64,000 nt of DNA, taken from NCBI RefSeq assembly GCF_006345805.1, contig NC_043001.1, positions 69,068,001 to 69,132,000 on the forward strand, written 5' to 3'. The notes below the pieces were generated by a model. It was given only the letters and a program-made list of their open reading frames with translations, did no database searches and had not been told where the DNA came from. Source of the stretch: Octopus sinensis (taxonomy: Eukaryota). Position numbers and translations under genes: made by a program. Below are positions 40,845 through 53,933 of the stretch, piece after piece (position 1 is the first letter of the stretch; each line of letters starts with the position of its first letter).

Positions 40845-41012
40845 TAGGGAGAGTTTACGAAAAAAAACAAAAGACGAAGAACGTGGTGTACAAAAAAACG
40901 TATGTATTAGTATAACGCTCAGGAATAGAAAAGTCTTTTACGTTTCGAGCCTACGCTCTTCTACAGAAAGGGCCACAGAAAAAAAAAAACAAAGAGAGAA
41001 AAAATGTGTGTG
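40845..41012 (-). mobile_element. Short Penelope-type repeat with hammerhead-like motif (U6 variant), copy A
   Basis: Minus strand 40970-40935 reads CTTT-CTGTAGA-A-GAGC gtag GCTC-GAAA-CGT-A-AAAG. Homologous units at about 45700-45840, 51930-52060 and 63420-63615. Confidence 0.7.
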
Positions 41013-42764
41013 TACAAAATGAATTAAATACATATATAGGACACAACACTATGTTACTGATGGCGACAGAAGGCAGCAATTTACTACCGACTTTCGGCGA
41101 CCGAATTTAAATAGGATTCAAACATTCCTCTAATCACATCATACCTTTCATGTCTTGAAAACGAGGAGACATAATGCTCAAGATATTATTACTGGAGCGA
41201 ATTATGCAATCCTTCGTGTGAAGACAGAATGGAAAGAATTCTCTGGGGTAACCTATAAAGCAGCTGACAATAAGATATATTTTATGTGGTTTGATTTCCT
41301 ATCAGTTATCTTGTTTAATTTCTTTTTCAGATTGCCACTCATAATGTCTGACAGGGGCCATTAGAGTAGTTGGTCCCACCGCTTTCCATAGGAAAATTAG
41401 ATTACACAGCTAGAAATTATATCCCGGGTCTTCTCTTGACTTTCCTCTGGACTGTGACATTATAGGCATAAATTAGTGTCGAGTTCTAATGACTAAATAC
41501 TGAATATTAGAAGTTACCCGCAAGCAGTTACCATGCTTACACAAAATTTCTTTAGGTGACTGGGCAGTCACTAGGAGAAACAGAACTCATCTAGAACCTC
41601 ACAAACAATTTCTGCTGAAATTTGAGCTTATGATAGCTGCAGGTATAGGTTGTTGGGGCAGTACTCACCTAGTAATAATTTTCATCACATTGGACTGGAG
41701 CTAAGTGAAATTAAGTGGGTTTTTTAAGGATACGACGTACTACCTGGCCAAAGAATCGAAAGCACGGCGATATAATCGTGAATCTCATATTTTAAACACT
41801 AGTCCAATCGTCTTCAGTGAGTATATGCAAGCCAATGGTACTTATTACCCTCTACATTTCTTGGCGATTCTCCGTATCTTTATAAGACACAAAGAAGACA
41901 TTCTCTTAGAATTATTTTTGTAGAAATAATTCTACTTAAACAATGGAATTTTATATCGTTCCACGAGAGCTAGTTAGACACATGACTAACACAGTAGCTA
42001 GAGTAAACGAATTAGAACTTCATTTAAATTTCAATTCTTATGTCCCAAGGCACAAATTCGGCCATTCGTTGCCACGTCGATTAAATAAATACAGGAAATG
42101 AAATTCTTTTAGCTCTTATCAACTGAAGTTCTGTTGTAAAACTGTGGAGGTTTCATCTAGGTATGAGATCAATATTAATCTCAAAAGTTGTCTAGACAAC
42201 AACAATTGCGACCAAATGTTTTACAGAATTTCCTTTCTTTTATCAGAACTCCAACATACAGTTATAACAACCAGTAATTTACTTGTGTCGATTCACTCAA
42301 CTATAAAATAATACTTACCAACTTTGACCAGACAATTTTGACAAAAGTCCAATACATGTACTTCCTACTAAGTCCATTAAAAACAGCGGTGTGAAAACAC
42401 AATGTAATGACTTTTATACAGCAACTTCATTGTTGGAGAAGAATTGGTAATATTCCCATGAGATAGGAGATAAAAAAAGCCGTTAATTAAAAGTTTAAAT
42501 AAGATTAGATTATTGGATAGTAAACAGTGTGAGCCAATTTGACGGTTTTAAATAAAATATTCTTCGCCGAGTAGATAGAATTTATTAAATAACTTTTCAT
42601 TAAAAGGAACAATGATTCAATTCCAAATGTTCAATCACAAATTGCAACGTCTGGACAAGAACACACGCCAATACACATATACATATATGCACCCTAACAA
42701 GCACAAGCAAACAAAACGTTCATTAACGAAGATAATCACACACGCATATACACATATATAAAAT

Positions 42765-42990
42765 GCCACTTCTTTCCTTTGTACACTCTTGGATATTTCA
42801 TATATCCAGCATCCGATATTTTAGCTGCTTCATCATATTCTGTAGGTCAAAGAATGACTATCATTGGTTCAACAGCCGCTCAAGGGGTGAATAATCTTCG
42901 AAGCAGAGGCATGCCCCACGCAGAATATTGTGCAACTATATTTTCTTCCTGTGATGCAATTTCAGAGCATGGTTCTCGATTGTGAAAAAT
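42765..42990 (-). mobile_element. Possible pogo/DDE_1 transposase relic
   Basis: Minus frame EENIVAQYSAWGMPL...SDAGYM loosely resembles CENP-B HTH and DDE_1 segments. Contains stops. Confidence 0.25.
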
Positions 42991-43424
42991 TATAAACGTA
43001 TAGCTATAGGATCGACTACCTCTAATGTTGTAAACTGTCCCTGCACACCGATTTGACAAGTATACATACAGACACACACACACAAGTACACAACAGCATA
43101 TGTATGTATATTTACATACATATTTCACTTAGGTATAACGATTCTAATACCCTGGTTATTTGAACACACACACATACACACACACACACAAACACATACT
43201 TATGGGAAAAGTGTTACTCTACTACTGAGCTCAATAAGAGAATACACTGTGTCCCACATTATCAAGCAAATCAACCTTCTTTCAATAAATATGTGTATAT
43301 TCGTTAAAAACCAGTTGCTTCTCCACTGACAGTTGCCAACACCTATCTGCGCATATTCTCTTAAAATTTGTATCTGCGCAGACGAAAACAAACGGTGTCC
43401 ATTATCGTTTAGCAGCAACATTTC

Positions 43425-44590
43425 TGCTGTCCAAAATTATGAGGCAGATGCCCAATTTAAGTGTCAATATAGGTGAGAAATGTGATCGTAACTCGAATGA
43501 GAAGTCTACCATCGTGTTAGAGCTTGGAAAAGGAAAAACTACCATGGAAATATGAAAAATACAGGGAAGAGATCACTGAACAGTGAAGGAATTCGTGCAG
43601 TCTCCTATTTCTGTCCAATCGAGGGTTGTTTCGAATCATACTTTGTTACGTATGAAAAGCGAAGTTGCGCGGAACCCATGTCTGACAAATAGAGAAGTCT
43701 TCACATGTGTCGCCTCTTGAAGCAGGTAGCCTGGAATGTTAAACCTGTCACAAGGCTCCCTCTGAAAGCTGTTCATAAGCAGAAAAGACTGAAATCGTCG
43801 GAAAAAAATTAGGATAGATTTTTCAACAGTTCTGTTCACTGACGAATGCCGTGCTACACTTGACGGATGACTGGAGTAAAGGCTGGAAATCATTCGGCGG
43901 GAACCGTCCTCATCGTTCAAGTCGCCAACAGTGGGGAAGTGCAGTCATATTTTCGGCTACCAGCATTGGTGGTATGAATGTCGGGTCATGGGACGTTCCA
44001 AATGGCATTAAGATGACATTAAAAACATATGTTATCTTCTTAAAGGACAATTTCCAACCGTGGATCAAAAGGCAAAAACTTTCATTCAAGAGAAAACTGG
44101 TCTTCATGCAAAATAATGCTCCGTTTCATGCAGCGAAGAATTCTAAGGAATACTTGCAGAGAATAGGCTTCTCGGGAGGTCGTTTGATGGAGTGGCCATC
44201 TTGTTCTCTTGACTTAAATCCGATCGAGAACCTGTGAAGTGTCCTGAAGATATAGGTTTACCAAGATGGAAGGCAGTTTTCAAGTAAAGTTGCTCCCTGG
44301 GATGCTATGTAGATGCTGTTCAAAGCATGACACAAGAAGATATTAACATCTTGACAAACCCATTGGATCAGCGAGTAAGGAAGGTTATTGTATGTGGAAC
44401 ATCACACATCAAACATTAGGAGTTGTATGATATCATAGTACCATGATTATTTTCATTCGAAAGCATTATTATGGTTACCATTAAATCCTTTATGAATAAT
44501 TGTTTTGTTAGACCTTTACTGTTGAACTAAATAAATGTCCTGACATAATAATCAGTTTCATTATACTTGCCTAATAATTTGTGACGGTTA
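43425..44590 (+). mobile_element. Degenerate Tc1-like transposon with DD37E spacing (TRT-like)
   Basis: Imperfect TIRs ctgtccaaaattatgaggcag (43427-43447) and cttgcctaataatttgtgacgg (44566-44587). Motifs FSTVLFTDECRATLDG, FMQNNAPFHAAK and WPSCSLDLNPIENL, with 37 residues between the second D position (now N) and E. Confidence 0.85.
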
Positions 44591-44689
44591 AAATGTTGCC
44601 CAATCACAAAAATGGGAGCAATTTGTTGGCGATTTATTTTAACGGAATGCACGCAGATAGGTGCTACCAACAGTCAGTGAGAAAACAAC

Positions 44690-44762
44690 TGGTTTTCACA
44701 GACAAACAAATAAACATGACTGAAAAAACAATACCTCAGTCTTCGCTAAAGCAGAGATAATA
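44690..44762 (+). mobile_element. Possible Helentron/HINE-type terminus
   Basis: cagacaaacaaataaac...aaaacaatacctc-agtcttcgctaaagca-gagataa resembles the microsatellite plus terminal-hairpin ends of HINE-like elements. Confidence 0.35.
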
Positions 44763-44784
44763 ATAATAATGATAATAATAATAA

Positions 44785-45290
44785 TGATTTCTTTATCAAC
44801 CACAAATATTATCAAATATTATCGACAGTACAGGACAAAACAAAGAATGTACGTGTATATGTGTGTGAGTACGTGTTGTGAGTATTTTGCGTGTAAAGAA
44901 GACAAACGTAATTTTTTAAAAATCAACGTGTGATCCTCAATAGAGAGGAGACGTTCGAGGGCTGTTCATAGAAACCCTGATTTGGGGATAGTTGCCTTTT
45001 GGGGTAGTATGCTCAGGGCATGCCCCTTCACTCACACCATTCTCGCCACTTTTACCCACCTTTCAGCGAACTGGCTAAAAGACAACACTTCCTTCTCTAC
45101 TCTTATTTTTCCTTTTTCCAGTGAAACTTAAAGAAACTGATCAGGGTTAGGGTTAGGGTTAAAAAAAAAAAGTGCTTGTCATCAGCCCCTTCAATCTCGT
45201 CCTTCGCCGAGGTCACAAGGCATATAAACGCAACCTTTCCTTCCACGTTATAGGAAGGCAGCGGAGCGATCCTCACAATGAATTCATTCA
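44785..45290 (-). mobile_element. 5'-truncated 3' end of a Tx1-like LINE in (AAT)n
   Basis: Minus frames LISFFKFHW and RVEKEVLSFSQFAERWVKVARM are homologous to the 22620-22760 C-terminus. (AAT)n on both sides. Confidence 0.75.
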
Positions 45291-45298
45291 TAATATTA

Positions 45299-45358
<60 letters not shown>

Positions 45359-45384
45359 TAAATAATAATACTTTCTACTATAGG

Positions 45385-45570
45385 CACACGACCTGAAATT
45401 ATATCGGCCCTAGTGTTTCACTGGTAAATTATTTATCTACTCAGAAAAGATGAAAGGCAAAGTCAACATCGGCGGAATTTGAACTCAGAACGTAGCGACA
45501 AGCGAAATATAGCTAAGCAAGATGTGATGTGAGCACAAACCGCAGAGAGTAGTGGAACCGGCGAAGTTAT
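45385..45570 (-). mobile_element. Nin/Deu-type SINE
   Basis: gatgaaaggcaaagtcaacatcggcggaatttgaactcagaacgta is the reverse complement of the 6832 family. Confidence 0.8.
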
Positions 45571-45653
45571 AAAGTAAACTACAAAAGAAAAGAAAACTAC
45601 ACACACACACACACACAGACGCACACACATACACGCACGCACACACACATACA

Positions 45654-45699
<46 letters not shown>

Positions 45700-45703
<4 letters not shown>

Positions 45704-45860
45704 ATTGAAATTCACAGAAGAACAACAGACGATGTCAGGCGTATGTACAACAAACAAGTGTATTAGTTTGACGCTCGGGAAAGTGAAGAAGTCTTTTACA
45801 TTTCGAGCCTACGTTCTTTAACACAAAGGAATAAAAGACACAATAATGGAATAAAACATG
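45700..45860 (-). mobile_element. Penelope-type hammerhead-like repeat, copy B (degenerate)
   Basis: tgtattagtttgacgctcgggaa...gtcttttacatttcgagcctacgttct. Confidence 0.65.
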
Positions 45861-46224
45861 TGGATATAGAAAAAATTTAATTAAAGATTCATATTGAATA
45901 TAGTTAATTGAACATTTCGGCATGGTCAGAACTTGATAGAAAAAGGAAAAAGTAACTACATCCCTATTTGTTGATATATCAGTGGTAATCTCAGTATTAT
46001 ATTCAGAGATGTTCTTTATGCATTTTAATGTATTTAAAAAAATATCTGTGTATATACAAATTTGTATTTGCATGTGTTAATGTGTTGAAAAACAAAGGAG
46101 CCGTTAAGTTGCCTAAAGTATATATCCGATACAATTAATTGTAATTAAAACATATACATATAGATATATGTTTTCAACCCATTAATACATGCAAATACAA
46201 ATTTGCATATACACAGATATTTTC

Positions 46225-46290
<66 letters not shown>

Positions 46291-46449
46291 TAGCGTATAT
46301 ACACACTTATATACACTTATGTATCTATAGTTTCTATATATCCATCTTAATATATATCTGTAGCTATAAAAAAATATATATACATACACACACACAAACA
46401 CACACATATATATAAGTGCATAAAAGTTTATACATTCATGTATATCTTA

Positions 46450-46689
46450 AATAAAATGAGACAAAAAAGCCAAGATTGTGTGGAATTTATAGGGTATTTC
46501 TAAAGATAAAGATAGACTTACAGCTGTTTCTGGGATCTTAGAGATAGCCCTTCATTAGAGAGGCTATAGGAGTGTTAACTAGAGGGAAATAGTAGAGTTC
46601 AATATAAGCAGTTATTCTAGAAAAGATGGATACAGGAAGTATAAAGGGAAATAAAAGAATAAAAATAACAATAAAAATATAAGAGTACA

Positions 46690-46690
<1 letters not shown>
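46450..46690 (-). mobile_element. Penelope-type unit with degenerate hammerhead
   Basis: Minus strand 46568-46512 reads CTAATGA-A-GGG...CCC-A-GAAACAGCTGTA, with palindromic stem III ACAGCTGT. (TA)n downstream. Confidence 0.55.
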
Positions 46691-46738
<48 letters not shown>

Positions 46739-47301
46739 TAGCACACGCATACACATGTGCTTTTGCACCCACAACACACACACGCGAGCAGAAACACACA
46801 CTGAGACAAGCTTGTATGTACATATATATATATGCGCCCTAACACATAAACTCATACATGTTACGCCAAATTTATATTACAAAAATAGTTCTAAACTATG
46901 TTTTCTCTTTCTGACATCATTCTATCTCTCTCTAGATCTCTTACCACCCGACGGCTACACTTATTCTAATATATCATCTCTAATATAATTGTGCGCATTT
47001 CCTTCACATTCAAAGTTTACAAACTGGAAAAAAGTTAGTTTTAATTCTATTGACTCTGTAATGTTGCTCTGCTTCTTCTACGTCTCTTCCAACAAATACC
47101 TTCGACAGAGAGTATTTTGTTGAGTACATAATATTAAAAGTCTGTCACTGATGTTGATTTATCGATTATATTTAGTGTTTCATGAATATATGCAATATTT
47201 CAGTATTCTGAATTTGCATTTACTTTCTTCACAAACTTGTGTATGCAAACAAATACATATGTATGTATGTATGTATATATGTATGTATGTACTTATGAAT
47301 G

Positions 47302-47386
<85 letters not shown>

Positions 47387-48670
47387 AGCACTGTAATATA
47401 TGCACTCCTATACGTATATATTTACGAAGGAATTTGTGTTTTTATAAGTCAAACATCAAACACTGCCTTTGTTATGAAATGACAGTTATTTTTTTCTGTT
47501 CTCATATTTGTACCTGAAGAGTAAAATTATTATTCAACAGCTGTATACTGTTCCTTACTCTCCAATAGTATCTAAATCAACGCCAATAACTTAACTGATA
47601 TGATTGGAAATACCGTTTGAAATTTGTGTTTTCAAGTATCTTTTGCCTCATTTACAGAGCTCAATGTGAAATCATGGATCAAGGTTTAAAAACAAATTCA
47701 AGAGAGCTGCCGAGATAAGCTCTATATAGACGATACGAACATCTCAAAGTAAATAGTCATTTTTGGAAGATTTATTTCTAGGAACAATAAAAATATCATT
47801 TGATACTTTTAAATATTTTATCTAGTATATAGCAGTCATAGCTTGTGCAGTTTTTAAACGATTTTACTCGTTTGGGAATTGTACTTGTAAACAATGTACA
47901 CGTAAATAAAACAATATAATGAAGGCTGTCTGTTTACGTTTGGGATGTTAATGGACTTAGTTACAATAAAAGCTGCTAATTACACTATATATTACACTCT
48001 GTCTTTAAAAACCATAAATGAAAATCGTTCTTCATTTATTTATAGCTGAAATATGACTCATTATCGGTCTAGTTAATATAGTTTGTCATAGTAATACAAT
48101 GAAATCCAGAATGTAACAAAGACATCTTAGACCTTTATATATATAAGATACGATAAGATTGGAAAAAGCGTTTGTATTATTTATTCTTCACTACCCGAGT
48201 TACATTTGCCAATAGCAGTTACAAACTTGTACATGAAGGAGAAATACATAAGGTATCTCCATTAGAAAATTATCAGGCAGGGAATCAAGTAATATTATTA
48301 TTATGAAATAAGACAATGCGATTTTATTCCGTCTGGAGAATTCTTACGTGTTTCGCTTATATGTACAATTTTGTAACTCCTTTTTGCAAACGAAACGCAT
48401 AACAATATGAATAAATAAATAAAAAAAATATTGTCCAGCCTCCAGTACAATAACATACAAATCATTCGTGAAACAGTCCAGTGGATTTTTAGGTCCAGTT
48501 ATATAGACGGGCAATAAATATGCAATTGTTAATTGGGGAGTCCAGAGAACTGCTGCCGATGGGTTTCCATAATAAGTTGTCCCGGGCAACACTGTATTTT
48601 AAAATGGGCTTAAACCTTTAAACTTGTAAATTACAAATAAAACGTGTTCATTTTTGGTGTCAACCTAGAA

Positions 48671-48840
48671 TGCGGCGAGCAGACAGAATTGTTAGCGGGC
48701 TGGATAAAATGTTTAGCGCTATTTTGCCCGTTGTTACGTTCCAAGTTCAAATTTCCCCGAGGTCGACTTTACATTTCTTCCTTTTGGTGTCGATAATTTA
48801 AACAGCAGTCGAGTACTGTGGTCAATGTAATCGACTAACC
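48671..48840 (+). mobile_element. Nin/Deu-type SINE
   Basis: gcggcgagcagacagaattgttagc...gttcaaatttccccgaggtcgacttt. Confidence 0.75.
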
Positions 48841-49159
48841 CGCTAAAGGCACAAAGAGTGCTCCATAAGTAAGAGTCTGCTGGTGTTAAATCGGGAGATT
48901 CCTACCTCTTCATCCTACCTGATACCCTCGCAAATTCTTATCCAGGAATGTTTGCACCTCTCTGCCGTAGGGTGGCGGTGCGCTGTGTTTTTGAAAAATT
49001 TATCATTTCCACATAGTGTATGCATTGGGTAATATTCTTTTGAAAAATTTCAATTAAAATTTTCAAAATACCTGTTTTGAAAAAGTTTAACTTTTTGAAA
49101 AAGTCAAAAAATGTTAGAAGTAAACTCTTTAATCCCGTGATATCTGAATACATTTAATA

Positions 49160-49355
49160 TTGGTTTCAAATATTGGTACAAGGCCAGCAATTCCGTCGTT
49201 AAGTCGATGACATCGATCCCTGTGCTCTCCACGTACATATTGTATTGACCTCAAAAATAAAAGGTAAAAGGGGAACTGAACTCAGAACGTAAAGACGGAC
49301 CAAATGCTGCCAAGTATTTTATCCGGTGTGCTAACGATTCTGCTAGCTCGCCGTC
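49160..49355 (-). mobile_element. Nin/Deu-type SINE
   Basis: gaactcagaacgtaaagacg...gctaacgattctgctagctcgccg is the reverse complement of the family head. Confidence 0.75.
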
Positions 49356-49669
49356 CTGGATATAATATTAAAATATTCCTATACATATTTTTCCTGAAGT
49401 GTGTATACATCTTTTGTATACATGAGAACACGTTGGTACAAAACAATTGTCGAGCATTATAAAGCATAATTTGCTTGCTAGTTCATTAATTGGTTTGTAA
49501 AATTTTTCAGCTCCAGTAAAATGATATATGTACACATACAATCACACACACACACACACGCACACGCACACACACACACATACACACACACACACACGCA
49601 AACACACACACATACACATACACACACACACACATGTACACCCACACACACAAGCACATATATATTATA

Positions 49670-50095
49670 TGGGCGCAAGCTTGGGTGTGTGCTAAAAAAT
49701 TTGGCGTCCGAACATATGGTTCTAAGTTTAGTTGCATTGCGTGGCACCTTGGGCAAATAACTTCTATTATAGCTTGAGTTCGATCTTGTGAATGGATTTG
49801 GTAGATGGAAGCTCGTCTATATGTTTGTGTGCTTGTGTGTGTGAGTGTGTGTGTGCGTGTTTGTGTCTGTCGTTGTGTCTGTATTTGTCCGCCACCAATG
49901 CTTGACAACCGGTGTTTGTATGGTTGGTCTCCGCAATCTGGCAGTTCGGCATAAGAGACAGACAGATTAAGTATTAAGCTTAAAAAAAAATATAAGTACT
50001 AGGGTCGATTTATTCGACTAAATATAATTTTTCAAGGCTGTGCCTTAGCATGGTCACAGTCTAATGACTGGAACAAGTATAAGATAAAAGTAAAA
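49670..50095 (+). mobile_element. Older copy of the tRNA-derived SINE (29642 family)
   Basis: gcgtggcaccttgggcaa...ggatttggtaga...cttgacaaccggtg...gggtcgatttattcgact...atgactggaacaagta. Confidence 0.8.
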
Positions 50096-50979
50096 ACGAT
50101 ACATATCCATTTACGCGCCCACCACACACACACACATAAACACAAAGAGAAGGTGGCTGAGTTGTATAAATGTGGGCATAATAATCTGCAATAAGCGTAG
50201 GTAATAATATATGTATTTTTGTTGATTGATTTGTTTTTCTCTTAGTTTATCAGAAGAGGTCAGTACCCTGTTGGCAAAACTGAAGAGACAATTACAAAAA
50301 TGAAAATCAAACCGCAAAAAAAAAGAAAATAAATGATAATAATAATAATAATAATAATAGCATCAACGGCATTCTAGGATATTATATTCACATTTGTTTT
50401 CGATAGTTCTAATGAAACTATCCTCTGCCATTTTTACTCTGAACGTGATTTGGAGTGTTTTTTATTGTTTTCTATGATATGTATTTATTTTGGCATTGTA
50501 GCATTTTCCATCCATATAAGGAGGAGTATTTGAAAAGTCCGCTTGCGCGTTTATGTCCCCTCTACTTGATATTCATAGCTTTACTCTTTCATGGTTGTCT
50601 TTTTCTCTGTATTTGTGAAGCTTTGTTTTATTTTCATTTTTATTAACTCAGTTGCAGTATCCGGAACACTCATATAATAATCTTATGGCATTTCTAAATG
50701 CAGATATTTACGAATATTTTCTAGAGAGATAAGTCACTAAAATAGATTATATACATGTACATATACACGAAGAAGTAAAATAAAACAAATAAAATATTTG
50801 CATAGACATAAAATATTGTTTCTGCACTTTTAAACAGTTTATAGATAAATCTATACGCATATATAGGTATATATACGTATTTGATAAAGAAATACGTTGT
50901 ACGTAGGTTTGTATTCTTCACTCTCTCTCTCTCTCTCTCTCGGTAGGAGTGTGTTCTTTATGTGTAGGGATTACACCTT

Positions 50980-51880
50980 CCGTAGTACAGAACAAATAAT
51001 ATTCTCGTATTCATGGATTAGGTTAGGGGAGCCTCAAAAATATTCATGGTCGACTGCCAGACACTGTATGTTCGTACTGAAGCTGCAACTCTGCCAGGGT
51101 CCTCTTCATCTTTAGATATCTTCCTTCGTGTTTTTCATCTTTGTCGTTCCTGAACCTGTTCGTTCAGCATCCGAGAATGTAGGCTCATACGTTCTCACAG
51201 GCTCATACGTTCTGGGCATTGAAAACGCAGCCAAAATATTGTTTTTGTTATCTTAACGGAACCAAATAGCGCTAAGAAATCATGAAGGCACAAGAATAAA
51301 AGTAAAAACAAAGTACATGTGTACGCAATGCACATCATGAAAGGAATACTGAACATATCATTTTGGCGTTTTTTATTTCCAGCTTTACGATTCTCAATGT
51401 ATTTTACCTTGCTTTGTATAGTTCCAGTCCGGGATGATTAATAGAATGGATCTCCTTGTATGTGACATTATCAGTGGGATTTCATATATTACTAACTTCC
51501 ATAATGTGCCACGCAGAGTATTGTTGTCTAGAAATAGATCTGTTCTGTCTATGATGAGTGATGAATCCTAGAGATAGTGATAGTGAAACAAGATTAAAAA
51601 TTCGATAGCTGATGTCCTGGGCACTGATGTGGTGAGGGTGACGACTGTAAGTCTGGGCTTATAACTATCTAATATTTTTTATTGTGTGTCGCTGATTTGG
51701 GCATCTATCAACATATTTGGTTCGGCCTGGCGGTCAATGTGCTCCTTTAGTGTACAATATTACTTTCTATTTATGAAGGAAGCAAAACTTTACTTTCAGC
51801 AAAAAGTTTTATCTCTTGGTACCTGATGCTGAGGAACCAGTATCACTATCACTGAGGAAACCACTACCTACAACCACATT

Positions 51881-51935
<55 letters not shown>

Positions 51936-53900
51936 TAAATTTACAGAAAACAAAGACGAAGGCAGGTGAGAGAACAACAAACAGGTGTATTAGTTTGACG
52001 CTCGGGAAGAATAGAAAAAGCATTTGACGCCACGAGCCTACGCTCTTCGACAGAAAGGATTATGAGCGCATGCCATAAACTTTTAATTCACGTCTGTTAT
52101 GTGTTCAGTACCAACTGTCATTTTGATAATCCTCTTTTTAAACACATTATACTGGTGCGTGTGAATATTACAAAATTATAATTAAATTAGAAGTAATTTT
52201 CAACTATATAGTTTATAAAATGCTTCTCTTAGAACCAGATTCTCCTCTCTAAGTTCATTGATTTGCAGATATCTCTGTGGGATCAATGAACTATGTTTTA
52301 TCGTTCTCGTTTTCTTTGCTTTAGTTTTAATTTTTGCTATGTTTATCTGTATATTGTTACACGAAATAACATCATTTATTCATTCATCATAGCCTGACAA
52401 TTCTAGCCCTTATAATTTTATCAGTCTAATGCGATATTAGTGTTTCCAAACAATCGGTTCAATATTATTAGTATTCAATATCCATCATATACACAGCTTG
52501 GCTATCTTTGAAGCAACTCCCTTTGCTTTCCATATTAAGGTATATAAACTCTATATCAGAGAATTTTATTATTTCTATGCGTTTGGAATAATTTTGGAAG
52601 TATACAACCAAACATTACTTTCTAGTTCATGAAATTTAATTATTTTGTGCTTGCTGTCACGCTGGGTATTTGGTATTCTTATAGCGTATTCTCCCACTTT
52701 TAAGCATGAAATATTCAAACATGGCAGATTATAATTTCTATGAGGCTTTGATATAGCAAACTATAATTTATTCTGATTTTTGAGGTTGAATTTGTTTCTG
52801 TATTCATGTGAAGCTAAATGTAGAACATAGTTCAGGCTTGCATATTATAAGATAATTTATATGATACAAAATATAAGCATGTAACAGCAAATCGTTTGAA
52901 GAGGAGAGTCACAATTCTTGTTTAAATCTATTGATCAGTGTTAACTTTGAATGACTAGACACAACCACGGTATCTCAAAGTTTCCTCACTTCAATGAATT
53001 GAGTGCTGTGAGTACATTGTCTGAAAGAAGTTCTGCATAGAAAAATATACAATATACAATAGCATGTTCACATTCAAAACTGCCGGTACATATTACCACT
53101 CTCAGATCTAGGCCCCTGTGTCTAACTTTAACCTCCATCTGAGCTCCTGGCGAAAACAATAACTAGTTGCATACATAGCTCAAAGTAATAATTGCAGGCA
53201 AACTAATGGAATCGGCTGCATCTTGGTGTCACTATATGATATTCACTTTATAATAAATAGTACAAGTAAAGTATAAATGAAGCATAGAACAGTTATGGTA
53301 GATGACTAAAGCTATTTCTGGAATACTAGAACTAGTAGATCTTGTTAATGCGTTACGCATTCATGTAACCCAACTATCCTGTCATTAACAAGATCGAAGT
53401 AAAAACTATATAGTTCTTTTTATGTTCTGATCAACTACAAGTTATGACGTAGGTTATTTTTATGAGACAGCAAATACTTTTCGCTAAATTAAAAGCGCTA
53501 ATTATTTCAATGAGTTTCGGATGGCATGGGATAAATGGTAGGCATTGCTTCGAGTTTGTGGGTTTATAGTAGACGTCAGTTTCACTTTGGTTTATTCACC
53601 TTTCTTTATTAAACCATCAAGCATTAAAAGTTTCTCTTTGCTATATTCCACTGAATTGCGTGATTGTATTTACGTCATTGATCAGTGTTTAAAATTCAAA
53701 TACTTTATAAATCAGTCATTCAGATTATATTTTCCAGTTATCACTAATATATTGGTAAAAAGATTATGCATATTTTTGTAGTGATTCTTGATATAAAGTC
53801 AATTCTAAATACACCATTACCAGGTTTGCCAGAACTGGGGATGCTTTTGTTCCCTTCGCAATTCCACATTTTTGTCAATAGTAACTAGTATCAAACATGA
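50980..53900 (-). mobile_element. Highly decayed RTE-like LINE relic(s)
   Basis: Only faint translated resemblance to RTE RT and C-terminal motifs (e.g. IITLSYVCN near 53170, KNTKEDI near 51125), with many stops. Boundaries are approximate and the relic may continue at 55226-55640. Confidence 0.3.
51930..52062 (-). mobile_element. Penelope-type hammerhead-like repeat, copy C
   Basis: Minus strand reads CTTT-CTGTCGA-A-GAGC gtag GCTC-GTGGCGTC, with GAAA mutated. Adjacent to (TA)n. Confidence 0.65.
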
Positions 53901-53933
53901 AGTAATTATTCGGGAGAAGAAAAAATTGTTTTA

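Noticed and set aside
42314-42470. Minus-strand exon ending in a strong G/GTAAGT donor
   Set aside because: No clear acceptor or recognisable open frame, and such motifs are expected by chance.
48843-49132. Kolobok-like MITE (taaAGG...CTttaa)
   Set aside because: No convincing terminal inverted repeat match.
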